Shown here: positions 1 through 9,971 of the stretch, piece by piece
How the letters are laid out: the number at the start of each line of letters is the position of its first letter
Numbering within the stretch: the first letter of the stretch is position 1
Origin: a virus
Lineage: Duplodnaviria > Caudoviricetes
Direction: 5' to 3' (one strand)
IMG/VR virus record: IMGVR_UViG_3300037245_003804
Location: 1 to 52,530 of that record
Length of the DNA stretch: 52,530 nt
Position numbers and translations under genes: made by a program
Notes under the pieces: model-generated
The model's database searches: none
What the model was told of the DNA's origin: nothing
The model's input: only the letters and a program-made list of their open reading frames with translations

Positions 1-33
1 ATGCAAAATTGCAGAATATAATAAATGGAAAAG
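1..33. repeat. Terminal direct repeat, left copy (circular assembly overlap)
   Basis: atgcaaaattgcagAatataataaatggaaaag matches 52498-52530 (…gcagTatata…) at 32/33 nt. Confidence 0.9.
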
Positions 34-551
34 ATAACAATATATTAAGAGGGAAAGTAACTTACAACAATTCTAATAGATTTAATTTATATAAGATAAC
101 ATCTCAAGATAATGTATCAGCTTTTGAAGCAGGAGAAAGTACAGATCTAGATGACGTAGTTGACATAAAAGGACAAACTATTGATAACAGTATAAAAAAA
201 GGAAGACAATTAACTATTAACGCAGAAGAGGCTTATGATGAAAGTGACAGTTTTAATAGAGCAGAATGGGAAGCAAATATAAGGAAAGTACGTGGCCGTG
301 CCTATGGTGTTGATGTGGCTGGGCACGCTTATGATGGGGACTTCAATAGTGATAAGATATGGGAAATCAACAAGGTTATACCTGTTGTTGATGTTTTTTG
401 TGGTATTGATGGTAATATGTTGATAAATGATATTATGTTTCAAGTAGATTTGCAAAGAGGATCAATAACAAAAATTAATTTATTGGAAAAAAATGCGTAT
501 AGTTTGGTATTGGATGAACCTATTGTTGTTATGGATGAAAAGATTAGATAA
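9..551 (+). CDS. C-terminal half of Mu gp44-like baseplate hub protein (continues from 51939 across the circular junction)
   Basis: In frame with the open frame at 51939-52530 (…NAKLQ(Y/N)IINGK…); RAEWEANIR and WEINKVIPVVD segments; lies between gpN-like and gp45-like genes. Confidence 0.85.
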   Translation: MQNIINGKDNNILRGKVTYNNSNRFNLYKITSQDNVSAFEAGESTDLDDVVDIKGQTIDNSIKKGRQLTINAEEAYDESDSFNRAEWEANIRKVRGRAYGVDVAGHAYDGDFNSDKIWEINKVIPVVDVFCGIDGNMLINDIMFQVDLQRGSITKINLLEKNAYSLVLDEPIVVMDEKIR

Positions 552-1054
552 TGATTATATGGGCTAAAATAACACAAGCAGGAAATAGTGCAGCTAATTG
601 GTTTAGGCAGCAAATAACTTATAAGGAAAAAGTGTCAAACTGTGCTGTTATTTATCCTTATGGGTTCCATGCTAATGCAGTTCCTAATGAATCACTAGCG
701 TTAGTCTTTATGGTTGGATGTAATGCGCAAAATAAGGTAGGAATAGCCTATAATCCTAATAAGCGTCCTGATTTGAAGGAAGGTGAAGTTGCCGTATATC
801 AGCCAACCACCAACACGGAAATTAAAATAGACCAAAGTGGAAATATTATAATAACAACTGATAATGATGTGGTTTTGAATTCAGATAATATCAATATAAA
901 TTCCGGCGACATTACTTTAAATGGAAATGTTGCTATTAATGGAGATTTATCAATTACGGGGAGTGTTACTAACGATTCAACTAATATTGGTAAAGGACAT
1001 CTACATACTTTAGTCACTGAAGGAACAGATAATTCAGGACCTCCGGTACCATGA
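551..1054 (+). CDS. Baseplate spike protein (Mu gp45/P2 gpV-like)
   Basis: PYGF and RPDLKEGEVAVY motifs, beta-helix-like repeats, C-terminal H-x-H metal site (GHLHT), synteny. Confidence 0.85.
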   Translation: MIIWAKITQAGNSAANWFRQQITYKEKVSNCAVIYPYGFHANAVPNESLALVFMVGCNAQNKVGIAYNPNKRPDLKEGEVAVYQPTTNTEIKIDQSGNIIITTDNDVVLNSDNININSGDITLNGNVAINGDLSITGSVTNDSTNIGKGHLHTLVTEGTDNSGPPVP

Positions 1055-1512
1055 CAACTGATATATTAATGACACCTGATACTAATGGAGATTATGACAT
1101 TTCATTAGATGAGAGTGGCGATATTGCAAATGGTGATTTTTTTGATACATCACTTCTTTATAGTATTTTTGGAGAGCGTCGCGCGCTGTCTTCTGAAGTC
1201 CCTACCTCAAGCAGACGAGGCGGATGGATAGGTAATGAATTTGAAGACTATGAGAATGGATCGAAAATATGGTTGTATTATCAAGAATCATTAACAAGAA
1301 CGATAATCAATAAGATTGAAAGCGAGGCAATAAATTCTTTGCAATGGTTATTGGATGATGATTTTGCAGTAGGGACTATTAATGCTACTGGTACAATGAC
1401 TAATGAGTCGAGCATTTCACTCTTAATTGATATAAAAAGAACTAATTCAGAAGTTGAACAACGCTATTTTGAATTATGGAACAATACTGGAATAAACGAC
1501 AATGCCTCTTAA
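1051..1512 (+). CDS. Mu gp46-like baseplate protein
   Basis: SIFGERRA…RRGGWIG…GSKIWL…LQWLLDD pattern typical of GP46; synteny. Confidence 0.85.
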   Translation: MTTDILMTPDTNGDYDISLDESGDIANGDFFDTSLLYSIFGERRALSSEVPTSSRRGGWIGNEFEDYENGSKIWLYYQESLTRTIINKIESEAINSLQWLLDDDFAVGTINATGTMTNESSISLLIDIKRTNSEVEQRYFELWNNTGINDNAS

Positions 1513-2824
1513 TATACCTGATAATTCAGAAGAAGTAATACAAAGAGCAAAAACCGATGTAAGAAGGGCGTGGGTAGGCTCCAATCCGTTTCTAAAGAAT
1601 AGCGCTATTGCTGCTATTATAATAGGGTTTGCTAATAGGGTTTATGATTTTTATCTACAATTAAAAGAAGCTATAAAGCAAAGTTTTCCTGATACTGCAA
1701 CTGACCAATTCTTAGAAAGATGGGCAGCCATATATGGGATAAATAGGCTAGCTGCTACAAAATCAATAGGTAATGTTATAGCCACAGGTACGCTAGGGTC
1801 TACAGTACCCCTAGGGAGCGTCTATGCGGCCACTGACGGCATTTTGTACACTACCACCGATGCAATTAACATCACCAACACAGCGTTGAACATATTGTCA
1901 TTGAGCCGTGTAGGTGAGACAGCCTTTGCTGTAACCGCAGAAGACCACAATTTAGCTAGCAATGTAGTGGTAACAATATTAGGAGCCGTCGAAACAGAAT
2001 ATAATGGTGCAAAGGTAATAAAAGTAACATCGGCTAATGAGTTTACTTATGCAATAGGAGCCTCTGTAATAACGCCAGCCACGGGAACTATAACAGTAGA
2101 ATATAATACTGGCATTATTCCTATTGAATCAAGCGATTTTCAAGATTCTGAAAATGATATAAATGTCAATTTAATATTGGATACACCTATTTCTTTACAA
2201 AGTCCTTTAGCGGGAATTGATGACATAGCAAATGTGGATTTTTTTGGCATAACTGGTGGTGTTGATCAAGAAAGTAATGCAAATTTAAGGTTGAGGTTGC
2301 TAAATAGACTACATAACCCAATTTCAAATTTTAATGTTGCAGCAATTGAAGAGCAAGCAAAATTAATCAATGGTGTGACTAGGGTTTTTGTACAATCAAT
2401 AACACCTGATGTTGGTCAGGTTACTACTTACTTTATGCGTGATAATGATGAGGATCCAATACCCACACCCACGGAAGTACAAACCGTAAAAGATAGCATA
2501 TTATTAATAATGCCAGCTCAGACTATAGTTGATGATGTTATTGTAAATGCGCCTATTGCAGAGATCACTAATTATGATTTTTCAGAATTAACACCCAACA
2601 CAGTATCAATGCAAGCTGCTATAGATGCTAGTTTGGAACAATTTTATAAAGAAGATACGATAGTGGGTGTTGATATTACTTCTGAAAAATATATTGCAGC
2701 TATACAAGATTCAGTAGATAGTGGTGGGAGTAGCGTACAAACATTTACGTTATCATCTCCCGTGGGTGATATACCTATCGCCAATAATGAAATAGGTATT
2801 TTTGGAGAAACATCTTTTCCATAA
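1502..2824 (+). CDS. Baseplate J-like wedge protein (Mu gp47-like) with an inserted beta domain
   Basis: FPDTATDQFLERWA…GINRLAAT and GGVDQESNANLRLRLL motifs. Confidence 0.88.
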   Translation: MPLNIPDNSEEVIQRAKTDVRRAWVGSNPFLKNSAIAAIIIGFANRVYDFYLQLKEAIKQSFPDTATDQFLERWAAIYGINRLAATKSIGNVIATGTLGSTVPLGSVYAATDGILYTTTDAINITNTALNILSLSRVGETAFAVTAEDHNLASNVVVTILGAVETEYNGAKVIKVTSANEFTYAIGASVITPATGTITVEYNTGIIPIESSDFQDSENDINVNLILDTPISLQSPLAGIDDIANVDFFGITGGVDQESNANLRLRLLNRLHNPISNFNVAAIEEQAKLINGVTRVFVQSITPDVGQVTTYFMRDNDEDPIPTPTEVQTVKDSILLIMPAQTIVDDVIVNAPIAEITNYDFSELTPNTVSMQAAIDASLEQFYKEDTIVGVDITSEKYIAAIQDSVDSGGSSVQTFTLSSPVGDIPIANNEIGIFGETSFP

Positions 2825-3432
2825 TGAATAACTTATTCAGCCTAAGAACATTAGAGAAAATGACAGAAAGTTTGGCAAGATATTTGCCACCAGGAAGACT
2901 TTTTGCTTCTAAATTTAATAGACAAAAAGATTTATATCTGTTTTTAAGAGGGTTGGCAGGTGAGCTTCAAAGAGCAAATAATTTATTGAGAGAGTATAAT
3001 ATACAATACTATCCTGATGAGACAACAGATTTTTTAGATGAATGGGAGCAAGCGCTAGGACTGCCTGACGATTGTTTCACTTTATCAACAGAGCCTCCAT
3101 TGGTACAGCCTGACAATTCAATAGTAAGCAGGCGACGAAATATATTAATAAAATTAGCAGGAATGAATTTACAAACAGCTCAAGATTTTATAAATACAGC
3201 CGCTTTATTAGGAATGGTAGTAACTGTTGTGGGTGGATTGGACCCTTCAGTAATACCACCTATTACACCTATTAAAAGGGCAAGATTTACAATTGTTGTG
3301 ACTTTTGTTTCATTAACTTCATTCCCATTGACATTTCCTATTTTGTTTGGAAGCACTCATTTCCCTATTTTGACATGTATATTTTTAAAGGGTAAACCAG
3401 CAAATTGCGATTTAATTTTTAACACAGTTTAA
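2824..3432 (+). CDS. Mu gp48/YmfQ-like baseplate protein
   Basis: LPPG…PDETTDFLDEWEQALGLPD…KPAN motifs; follows J-like gene. Confidence 0.85.
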   Translation: MNNLFSLRTLEKMTESLARYLPPGRLFASKFNRQKDLYLFLRGLAGELQRANNLLREYNIQYYPDETTDFLDEWEQALGLPDDCFTLSTEPPLVQPDNSIVSRRRNILIKLAGMNLQTAQDFINTAALLGMVVTVVGGLDPSVIPPITPIKRARFTIVVTFVSLTSFPLTFPILFGSTHFPILTCIFLKGKPANCDLIFNTV

Positions 3433-3448
3433 TAATAGAGAATTAACT

Positions 3449-4804
3449 ATGGAATTGTTGAATAATAAAGTTACCGGGTCTCAGTTGTTAGCATCAGAAT
3501 GGAACCAGGTTCCAACCGAGTTGCAAAATATTATCACGCAAAGTGGTCAAACCCTATCTGATATTGATTTGGATCAGGTTGGAAAAGGGGTAGCGCAATA
3601 TGTTGCTAATGGTGCTTATTATGAAGATATTGGCACAGCAGATAATATAAATTTGCAGCTTATTGGTTTAAAGCAACGTACGGATTCTTTGGTTGATGGA
3701 ATGTTAATACGGTTTAAACCTGCATTTAATAATACGGGAGTCGCTAACATTACTTTTACACCCGCTGGTTTACCATCAGGATTACCTCTTTTTTATGATG
3801 ATGAGACAGTGCTAGGTGCTGATGAATTAGTTGTTGATAGGTATTCAATAGCTATTTACAAAGATTCATTAGCTGCATTTATTCTATTGAATCCTTATGG
3901 TAAGGAAGATATACCCGGAAAGGTTTCTTTAAGTGACGAGATCAATGGAATAGAGGGCGTTAATGATAAAATAGCATCTACTCCTTTAGCTCTTAGCACC
4001 GCTATTGCTACCGTTTCTTTGGCAGGACAAGGTTTATTGAAAAAGAATTGGCAAACTTTAACTTATATTAATGATCAACAATTGAATTTTAGTGCAGGTG
4101 TGATAATTAACCAAGATGCCTCAGGGAGTATGACTTCAGTAGCTACTATAAAGGAAATACAGTTACCATGGGCCCAAGGGTCTTTTGTGGGAGGGCGAGC
4201 TAGTGCGGTGCCATTAACGTCAAATACCTGGTACCATTGTTTCATTATAAGTGATGATGGTTTAGCGATTAATACTGATGCGGGATTTGATACGGATTTA
4301 AATGCTGTCAATTTATTGGCAGATACTGCCGGTTGGACAAATTATAAATGGGTAGGGGCAGTATTTACAGATTCGGTGTCAGCTATAACAGAGTTTGATC
4401 AAATAAACGATAGTTTTTATTTTAAAGATAATGATACTATATTTGGTACATCATATGCTAGCCCTGAAGATCAAACTTATTCAGTAATTTCGCATAGCCC
4501 ACTAAATTTACAAACGAATGCCATTATTCAAGCTGAGATAATTCGAAATAGTGGCAGTTCCTCTGGCTTCCATGCTTCCTTATATGTTAGGGAGACATAT
4601 AAACCGTCTGTCTATAAAGACTTAGCTTCATTATATATGAACGCTGGTGGGGTTATTGGGGTAATAAAGACTTGTGCTAGAATTTATGTAAGAACTGATA
4701 ATTCATCTACCTTTGAAGTTGATGTCCATAAAACTGATACCACAAGTAATCTTAGCGTAAATATAGAAAGATATGGCTGGGAAATTGATCGGGCTACTGT
4801 ATAA
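3449..4804 (+). CDS. Tail fibre protein
   Basis: N-terminal EWNQVPTELQNII…G…DLDQV anchor typical after gp48; last gene of the tail module. Confidence 0.75.
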   Translation: MELLNNKVTGSQLLASEWNQVPTELQNIITQSGQTLSDIDLDQVGKGVAQYVANGAYYEDIGTADNINLQLIGLKQRTDSLVDGMLIRFKPAFNNTGVANITFTPAGLPSGLPLFYDDETVLGADELVVDRYSIAIYKDSLAAFILLNPYGKEDIPGKVSLSDEINGIEGVNDKIASTPLALSTAIATVSLAGQGLLKKNWQTLTYINDQQLNFSAGVIINQDASGSMTSVATIKEIQLPWAQGSFVGGRASAVPLTSNTWYHCFIISDDGLAINTDAGFDTDLNAVNLLADTAGWTNYKWVGAVFTDSVSAITEFDQINDSFYFKDNDTIFGTSYASPEDQTYSVISHSPLNLQTNAIIQAEIIRNSGSSSGFHASLYVRETYKPSVYKDLASLYMNAGGVIGVIKTCARIYVRTDNSSTFEVDVHKTDTTSNLSVNIERYGWEIDRATV

Positions 4805-4807
4805 AAA

Positions 4808-5092
4808 CTATGGTTCTTCCTGTAGCAATGCCATTAATTCTTTTGCATAATATACAGCACTTTTTACATTACTTGCTGGTGAAAAATCACAATAACTAGG
4901 ATTAGATAATATACTTTTTAAACATTCCGATGAAAAAAATTCAATTTTTGTCATTCCTGCATATCCTTTAGTATCTGTAATATCACCATAATATGGATAT
5001 GCCGGGGAATTAGTATTTTTCACATAGTTAGGGGTTGGCATTCTTGGCTCCTGTGTAGGGTGTTTTTTTTTCATTGGTCCGATATAAACCAT
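4808..5092 (-). CDS. Conserved small phage protein
   Basis: GMTKIEFFSSECLKSIL…AVYYAKELM resembles the common phage GMTLRDYFAAKAMQ…AY..ADAM family. Confidence 0.5.
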   Translation of the reverse strand: MVYIGPMKKKHPTQEPRMPTPNYVKNTNSPAYPYYGDITDTKGYAGMTKIEFFSSECLKSILSNPSYCDFSPASNVKSAVYYAKELMALLQEEP

Positions 5093-5119
5093 TATTCATC
5101 TCCATTGTGAAATATCCTT

Positions 5120-5569
5120 TTAATAACTATTATATAAATTGATTTCAGATTCTCGACGTCTAATTAGCCCATTTAATTTTCTTCCACGTGCGTATACCCA
5201 TCGTCTGAATTGTTTAGGTACACTCTCATAATCATACCTATTAATGACTTTCCTCAAGGTTGAAGCTTGCAATGCGCCTGACCCTAAATTGAAAGTAAAC
5301 GATACTAAAGCATCATATTGGCCATCGGTGAGTGGGACATTTATCCATTTAAATACCCCTCGTTGTGCTGTTTGCAGATCATCACGCAATAGCTCGTCTG
5401 CATAATCTATGCTTATTCCATTATAGAATTTATAGGATTCTATTACTTTAACTAGGTGACCATATCCTATGGTTCTGTAACCAGCTGGACATCGATACAT
5501 TGTTGGGCTAAAGCCCTCAAAAAGCTTGATTAAATCGAGTCCTTTTTCAGTAATATTACGCATGCTCAT
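5120..5569 (-). CDS. Endolysin, GH24 phage lysozyme
   Basis: E18-x8-C27-x5-T33 catalytic triad, TIGYGH, QYDALVSFTFNLG, GLIRRRESE. Confidence 0.93.
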   Translation of the reverse strand: MSMRNITEKGLDLIKLFEGFSPTMYRCPAGYRTIGYGHLVKVIESYKFYNGISIDYADELLRDDLQTAQRGVFKWINVPLTDGQYDALVSFTFNLGSGALQASTLRKVINRYDYESVPKQFRRWVYARGRKLNGLIRRRESEINLYNSY

Positions 5570-6024
5570 CTTTTCCGTGCGCAGTTGATGGTTCTATTGC
5601 CAAACCAAAAACTAACAATAGCGGCAAATAAAGTTTGTGTTTCCACATCCCATATCTGTGGCATAGCCATGGCAAATGATAGTGATGCATCTGTCATCAA
5701 CAAATAAAGTGCACTTATTTTAACGGTGGCGAATAAAGCAAAGAAAGAGTATGTAATCAATGGCCGTACGGACGCTCTCATGCTCTCCACCCACGAGCTA
5801 CCTGTCAACTGGCTGTCATGCTTGTATAGGGCTTCGCTTTGGCTTATATCGGCTTGTACGTTGATTTCTTCTAATCGTTGTTGTGCTCCTAATCGTTGTT
5901 GCTCCATCTGACGATCAATGATAGCTAATTCCTGTTTCCTGTCTTGCTTTTCCGTCCATATTTTCAAGAACTGAGGGAATGCGCTAGAGAAAAAACCTAA
6001 TAAGCTTCCTAAAAGTGTGAACAT
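5566..6024 (-). CDS. Putative holin (3-TM, GTA-holin-like)
   Basis: Hydrophobic N-terminus, coiled coil, SVRPLITY plus TM segment, SFWFGNR end; directly upstream of the lysozyme. Confidence 0.65.
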   Translation of the reverse strand: MFTLLGSLLGFFSSAFPQFLKIWTEKQDRKQELAIIDRQMEQQRLGAQQRLEEINVQADISQSEALYKHDSQLTGSSWVESMRASVRPLITYSFFALFATVKISALYLLMTDASLSFAMAMPQIWDVETQTLFAAIVSFWFGNRTINCARKR

Positions 6025-6039
6025 ATTTTACCCCTAAAT

Positions 6040-6300
6040 TTACATACTACACATAACGAAATAATCCCAATTTTTTGTGGGTTCAGGTATCCGATCAATT
6101 AATTCTATATAATGGAGTGGATCATCAGTTGTAGAACACATAAGCTTAAAAATCTCTTCATCTCTTTTATAAATTTCACGTTCATTTTGGCAACATCGAT
6201 CATTAAGGTATTCATAATTACCAGGCAATTCAAAATAAATTATTTCCTTAATATCACAATGAATAACCATAAAGCATGTCTTCTCAATATCATCAGTCAT
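6040..6300 (-). CDS. 'PTKDWDYF' family paralog (outlying copy)
   Basis: KTCFMV…YFELPGNYEYL…EPTKNWDYFV. Confidence 0.7.
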   Translation of the reverse strand: MTDDIEKTCFMVIHCDIKEIIYFELPGNYEYLNDRCCQNEREIYKRDEEIFKLMCSTTDDPLHYIELIDRIPEPTKNWDYFVMCSM

Positions 6301-6535
6301 GCTCGATATTCTCCATTGAAAATAGCTTCAATACCTCACCACGGAATATAGAAGTGTGCCGGTTTGTTTTGTCAAGTTCTACATATAATTTATATAACCA
6401 TTGATCATATTCAATATTTGAGTTGCCAATATTATGAATATAATTACTTACAAAGTGATCAATTATCATTTTGAACTGAAATTTATTGTATTTCTTGTTT
6501 GGATCAAATGTAAAACTATCTTTATTGTCTGTCAT
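6293..6535 (-). CDS. Hypothetical protein
   Basis: ORF overlapping both neighbours in an operon-like arrangement. Confidence 0.55.
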   Translation of the reverse strand: MTDNKDSFTFDPNKKYNKFQFKMIIDHFVSNYIHNIGNSNIEYDQWLYKLYVELDKTNRHTSIFRGEVLKLFSMENIEHD

Positions 6536-6851
6536 TTTTTTCTTCCATTATTGAATTATATATAGATTCTCTATATATTTTAATTGAACAATCAAAATCA
6601 AAACCTATATTGTAATAAGATTTAACCTTTCCAAAGTAATGAATTTCTGATTGTACATTTTTAAAAAATTTATAATGATTATGTAATGGTAAAAATAAAT
6701 TATGCGATGAATATTTACCATTAGTCAAGTTAACTTGAAAAAGTATAGAATGATCATTGGCAGTTATTAAATCAAGGGATATATCTGTATTATCGGATTC
6801 ATCTATTAAGATTATTTTTTTATGTTCTTTATTAACCCCTAATACAAGCAT
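6522..6851 (-). CDS. CsrA/RsmA-like protein with internal insertion (probable start MLVL at 6851)
   Basis: Begins MLVL; ends IGFDFDCSIKIYRESIYNSIMEE, similar to CsrA [20 protein letters not shown]; AGGGG upstream of the ATG. Confidence 0.5.
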   Translation of the reverse strand: MLVLGVNKEHKKIILIDESDNTDISLDLITANDHSILFQVNLTNGKYSSHNLFLPLHNHYKFFKNVQSEIHYFGKVKSYYNIGFDFDCSIKIYRESIYNSIMEEKNDRQ

Positions 6852-6873
6852 GCTATATCCCCTGTAATAAATG

Positions 6874-7110
6874 CTAAAATTTAAAATTCCAAAATGGTGG
6901 CCTTCTCGGATTGACGACCTTTGCATTTTTCCATAAATCTAAATCTGTTTTTTTATAAAAAATAGACCTACCATCTTTCACATACTTTGGTGATATTTTT
7001 CCTCTTAAAAATACACGACTGCGTGACTGGTTAAGAGACTGCCAACCAATCCCTAAATACTTGGCAGCCTCTTTTGTATTCAATAATTCATCATCCATTA
7101 TCAGAAACAA
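6874..7110 (-). CDS. Excisionase/AlpA-like winged-HTH DNA-binding protein
   Basis: LLNTKEAAKYLG…PKYVKDGRSIFYKKTDLDLW. Confidence 0.8.
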   Translation of the reverse strand: MFLIMDDELLNTKEAAKYLGIGWQSLNQSRSRVFLRGKISPKYVKDGRSIFYKKTDLDLWKNAKVVNPRRPPFWNFKF

Positions 7111-7666
7111 TTTCCGAGTTCATTAACTGATGAAAAACATAATACAATTCATATCTTTTCAATGCCTTGGCTACTAAAGAAGAGTCTAGTGGTTCGTTTT
7201 TAACTTCTGCAATAATAGCTTTTAACTCTTGATTAGATGCGTCTTTATGACCAATCATCCATGTTAATATTTTACCGTTTTCTCCATTACCTATTAAATA
7301 CTTTTTCTTTTTAGGACGCTTAGGTAATTCGATACTATTGGTCAGTGCCCACTTATTAATATAACGATTTCCATTAAATTGATTAAATGATTTATTGAGT
7401 TGAGATAACTCATTTATCATTGCAACTACATCATCCCATGTTGATGGGTTGAAATTAACTTCATTAAGATGGTTAAAAGAAATTTCTCTTTTTTGTTGCA
7501 AAGTCAATAAATAACCTTTTTCTATTGAGATATTTTTATACAGCTTAGAAGCTTCCTTATAAGAAGCGCCCGCAGTAATTAAATCCTTACAAATATCATC
7601 CATATTTTTATTTTTATTATGCCCATCAACCACTATATTTTCAAAGTTACTCATATTAATCTCCAC
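7091..7666 (-). CDS. Hypothetical protein
   Basis: 191-aa ORF, GGAG RBS, downstream of a promoter-like site. Confidence 0.65.
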   Translation of the reverse strand: MEINMSNFENIVVDGHNKNKNMDDICKDLITAGASYKEASKLYKNISIEKGYLLTLQQKREISFNHLNEVNFNPSTWDDVVAMINELSQLNKSFNQFNGNRYINKWALTNSIELPKRPKKKKYLIGNGENGKILTWMIGHKDASNQELKAIIAEVKNEPLDSSLVAKALKRYELYYVFHQLMNSEIVSDNG

Positions 7667-7694
7667 ATCAAAGTAATGTGAACAATGTTGTTGG

Positions 7695-7853
7695 TCAATT
7701 ATATGCTAATTTTATATAATTGTCATCATTTAAATTATGTAGGTTATTTAGCCTCTCGTATGTTTCTTGTAACTCAATATCAGCGTCATAATCACAATCG
7801 TATGACTCATCAACAACCATATGATTTTCTACTAAATTTACTTCGTAACTCAT
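7695..7853 (-). CDS. Small acidic protein (52 aa, not in the ORF track)
   Basis: MSYEVNLVENHMVVDESYDCDYDADIELQETYERL…; AAGGAAG RBS; first ORF after the promoter at 7904-7931. Confidence 0.6.
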   Translation of the reverse strand: MSYEVNLVENHMVVDESYDCDYDADIELQETYERLNNLHNLNDDNYIKLAYN

Positions 7854-7903
7854 AATAACTTCCTTTTTCTTATATAGATTATTAAAATAATCAATTAATA
7901 GTA

Positions 7904-7931
7904 ATTATAGCTTGATTTAAATGTATGTCAA
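7904..7931 (-). promoter_or_regulatory. Sigma70-type promoter TTGACA-N16-TATAAT
   Basis: Perfect hexamers on the - strand in an intergenic gap. Confidence 0.75.
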
Positions 7932-7942
7932 CTACTTTATCA

Positions 7943-9556
7943 TTAAAACTCGTATTTTATTACCGTTGCATATTTTCCTGCATTATTTACAAATATTTGG
8001 GATGGTCTTGTTAAATGCTTTGCGTTGCTGGTTAATTCGTATACATTTAATGGCATTTTTTTGTCTTTATTTAACCACCTTTTTTTAACCCACTTCTTTC
8101 CTTCTCTTCCTGCCCACCCATCATGGTCATAACAAACCCACTCACTGAATTTACTTAGCCCTTCCGTGTGGTAGGTAACGCGCATAGATGTTTTTGAGCC
8201 TTTTTTATAATGCAATGAATAAGATACACCCGCAACATTTATCCATTTTTGTAATGATTTCTTTTCCATATCAGAAAAAAGCTTACTATCTGATGCGTGT
8301 TTGGTTATTTTCTCTTCGGCCTTTTTGAATAGATGATCGCAAAATATACAATTGGTTGATACGATAGGATTTAATGTTAAGCATTCTGGGCATTCTTTTA
8401 ATGGATTACTTAAACATTTAGTGTGCCCTCTCATTTCATCTTGTTTTTGGATAATGATATTATCAATTGGCCCTAATCTTTCCGTGTTTCCTGCAAAATC
8501 CATCACTAAACAAAACTTTTTACCAGGTGCTACCCGTAATCCTCTCCCAATGGCTTGTACATGCAACACGGGACTTTTAGTAGGTCTTAACATGGCTATT
8601 AAGTCAATATGAGGCGCATCAAATCCCGTGGTTAGGATGTTTATGTTAACAACGGCTTGATAACCTTTGTTTTTGATATTGTCTATGATTGATGCCCTAT
8701 CAAATTTATTCAACTTGGAGTGCACCACCACGGAATTTATACCTTTCTCCTTTAAAGTGTCATTGATGTGATTGGCATGTTCAATGTTAATAGCGAAAAT
8801 GACCCATAATTTTAAATTCTTGCCATATTGTATTATTTCATCAATAGCTTTATCGGTTATTTTTTTCCTGTCAAAGGCATCCCCTAAATCTTTAATATTA
8901 AAATCACCAGCCGTGGTGCGAATAGTGTCCAATGACAAATTGGGATTTAATTTTTGATAAGTATTCTTAGTAATAAGTTGGCTTAAATAGCCTTCTTTAA
9001 TAAGTCGCTGGTAATCATCCAATTGGTAGGCTATACAGTTGAACAGGGCGCCATTTCCCTCCGTCAATAGGCCGTGGTTAGTTCGATAAGGGGTAGCTGT
9101 CAAACCCACGTAGGATGCGTTAACGGAGCTTAGGAAGGACCGGTACATTGTGTCAGAACGCATGGGGATCAAATGGCATTCATCAATAAGGATAATAGAA
9201 AAATGCTTAAAAAGTTCTGGGCTTTTATGGACACTTTGAATGCCAGCCACAGTAATTGGAGTGATCGTGGTTGAATTTAAACCTTTACTATAAAGGCCAA
9301 TAGGATGGGGCAATTGATACTCATTAAGAGCAGCATAGTTTTGCTTTAATATTTCAAATACATGCGATAATATTAAAACATGATTATCATCATTCAATAA
9401 TCGTTTGACAAATTCACATATTATAAGAGTTTTCCCGGACCCAGTGGGAAGAACAGCCAAGGGATATTTTTTATTCTTTAATGATTCAACGAGGGCATTA
9501 ACTGCCTCAATTTGATACCATCTTAGGTTAATAGTGGGCATCCAATTATGGCGCAA
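7943..9556 (-). CDS. SF2 DNA helicase (RadD/YejH-like) with Zn finger
   Basis: LRWYQ, PTGSGKT, DECH, GLTATPYR, TTGFDAP, QAIGRGLR, CPEC…CIFC. Confidence 0.92.
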   Translation of the reverse strand: MRHNWMPTINLRWYQIEAVNALVESLKNKKYPLAVLPTGSGKTLIICEFVKRLLNDDNHVLILSHVFEILKQNYAALNEYQLPHPIGLYSKGLNSTTITPITVAGIQSVHKSPELFKHFSIILIDECHLIPMRSDTMYRSFLSSVNASYVGLTATPYRTNHGLLTEGNGALFNCIAYQLDDYQRLIKEGYLSQLITKNTYQKLNPNLSLDTIRTTAGDFNIKDLGDAFDRKKITDKAIDEIIQYGKNLKLWVIFAINIEHANHINDTLKEKGINSVVVHSKLNKFDRASIIDNIKNKGYQAVVNINILTTGFDAPHIDLIAMLRPTKSPVLHVQAIGRGLRVAPGKKFCLVMDFAGNTERLGPIDNIIIQKQDEMRGHTKCLSNPLKECPECLTLNPIVSTNCIFCDHLFKKAEEKITKHASDSKLFSDMEKKSLQKWINVAGVSYSLHYKKGSKTSMRVTYHTEGLSKFSEWVCYDHDGWAGREGKKWVKKRWLNKDKKMPLNVYELTSNAKHLTRPSQIFVNNAGKYATVIKYEF

Positions 9557-9971
9557 ACAAAGTCATTATTTTATTGTTATCAAATAACATTGTTCTTTCT
9601 TTATTGATTGTTTTCAAAATTAATATCCCTTCTTCTGAAATAGCATGTATTTTAATATATTTAATAGAGGGATATCCAGCGCCAGTTTTTCTAGTTTCAA
9701 TGCAATATATAAAATTTTCAGTAATAAAATTCATATCGACTAATGATTCAAATAGACGTACCCCTAATTTTACATATTGTTTGTATGATGATTCGATAAG
9801 ATTAAGAGGTAGTTCATTATTAAGGAAAAGATAATATGGTAAAACCTGTCTTAATTCAAATTTATATGGACCATACCATGATCTTGAATAAGTATGTATA
9901 TCAAGATAGATAGGATTGAATTTTAATTCACGCATTTTCTCACAATCGATTGATGTCATGATAAACCCCAT
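9546..9971 (-). CDS. Hypothetical protein
   Basis: ORF overlapping both neighbours. Confidence 0.5.
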   Translation of the reverse strand: MGFIMTSIDCEKMRELKFNPIYLDIHTYSRSWYGPYKFELRQVLPYYLFLNNELPLNLIESSYKQYVKLGVRLFESLVDMNFITENFIYCIETRKTGAGYPSIKYIKIHAISEEGILILKTINKERTMLFDNNKIMTLFAP

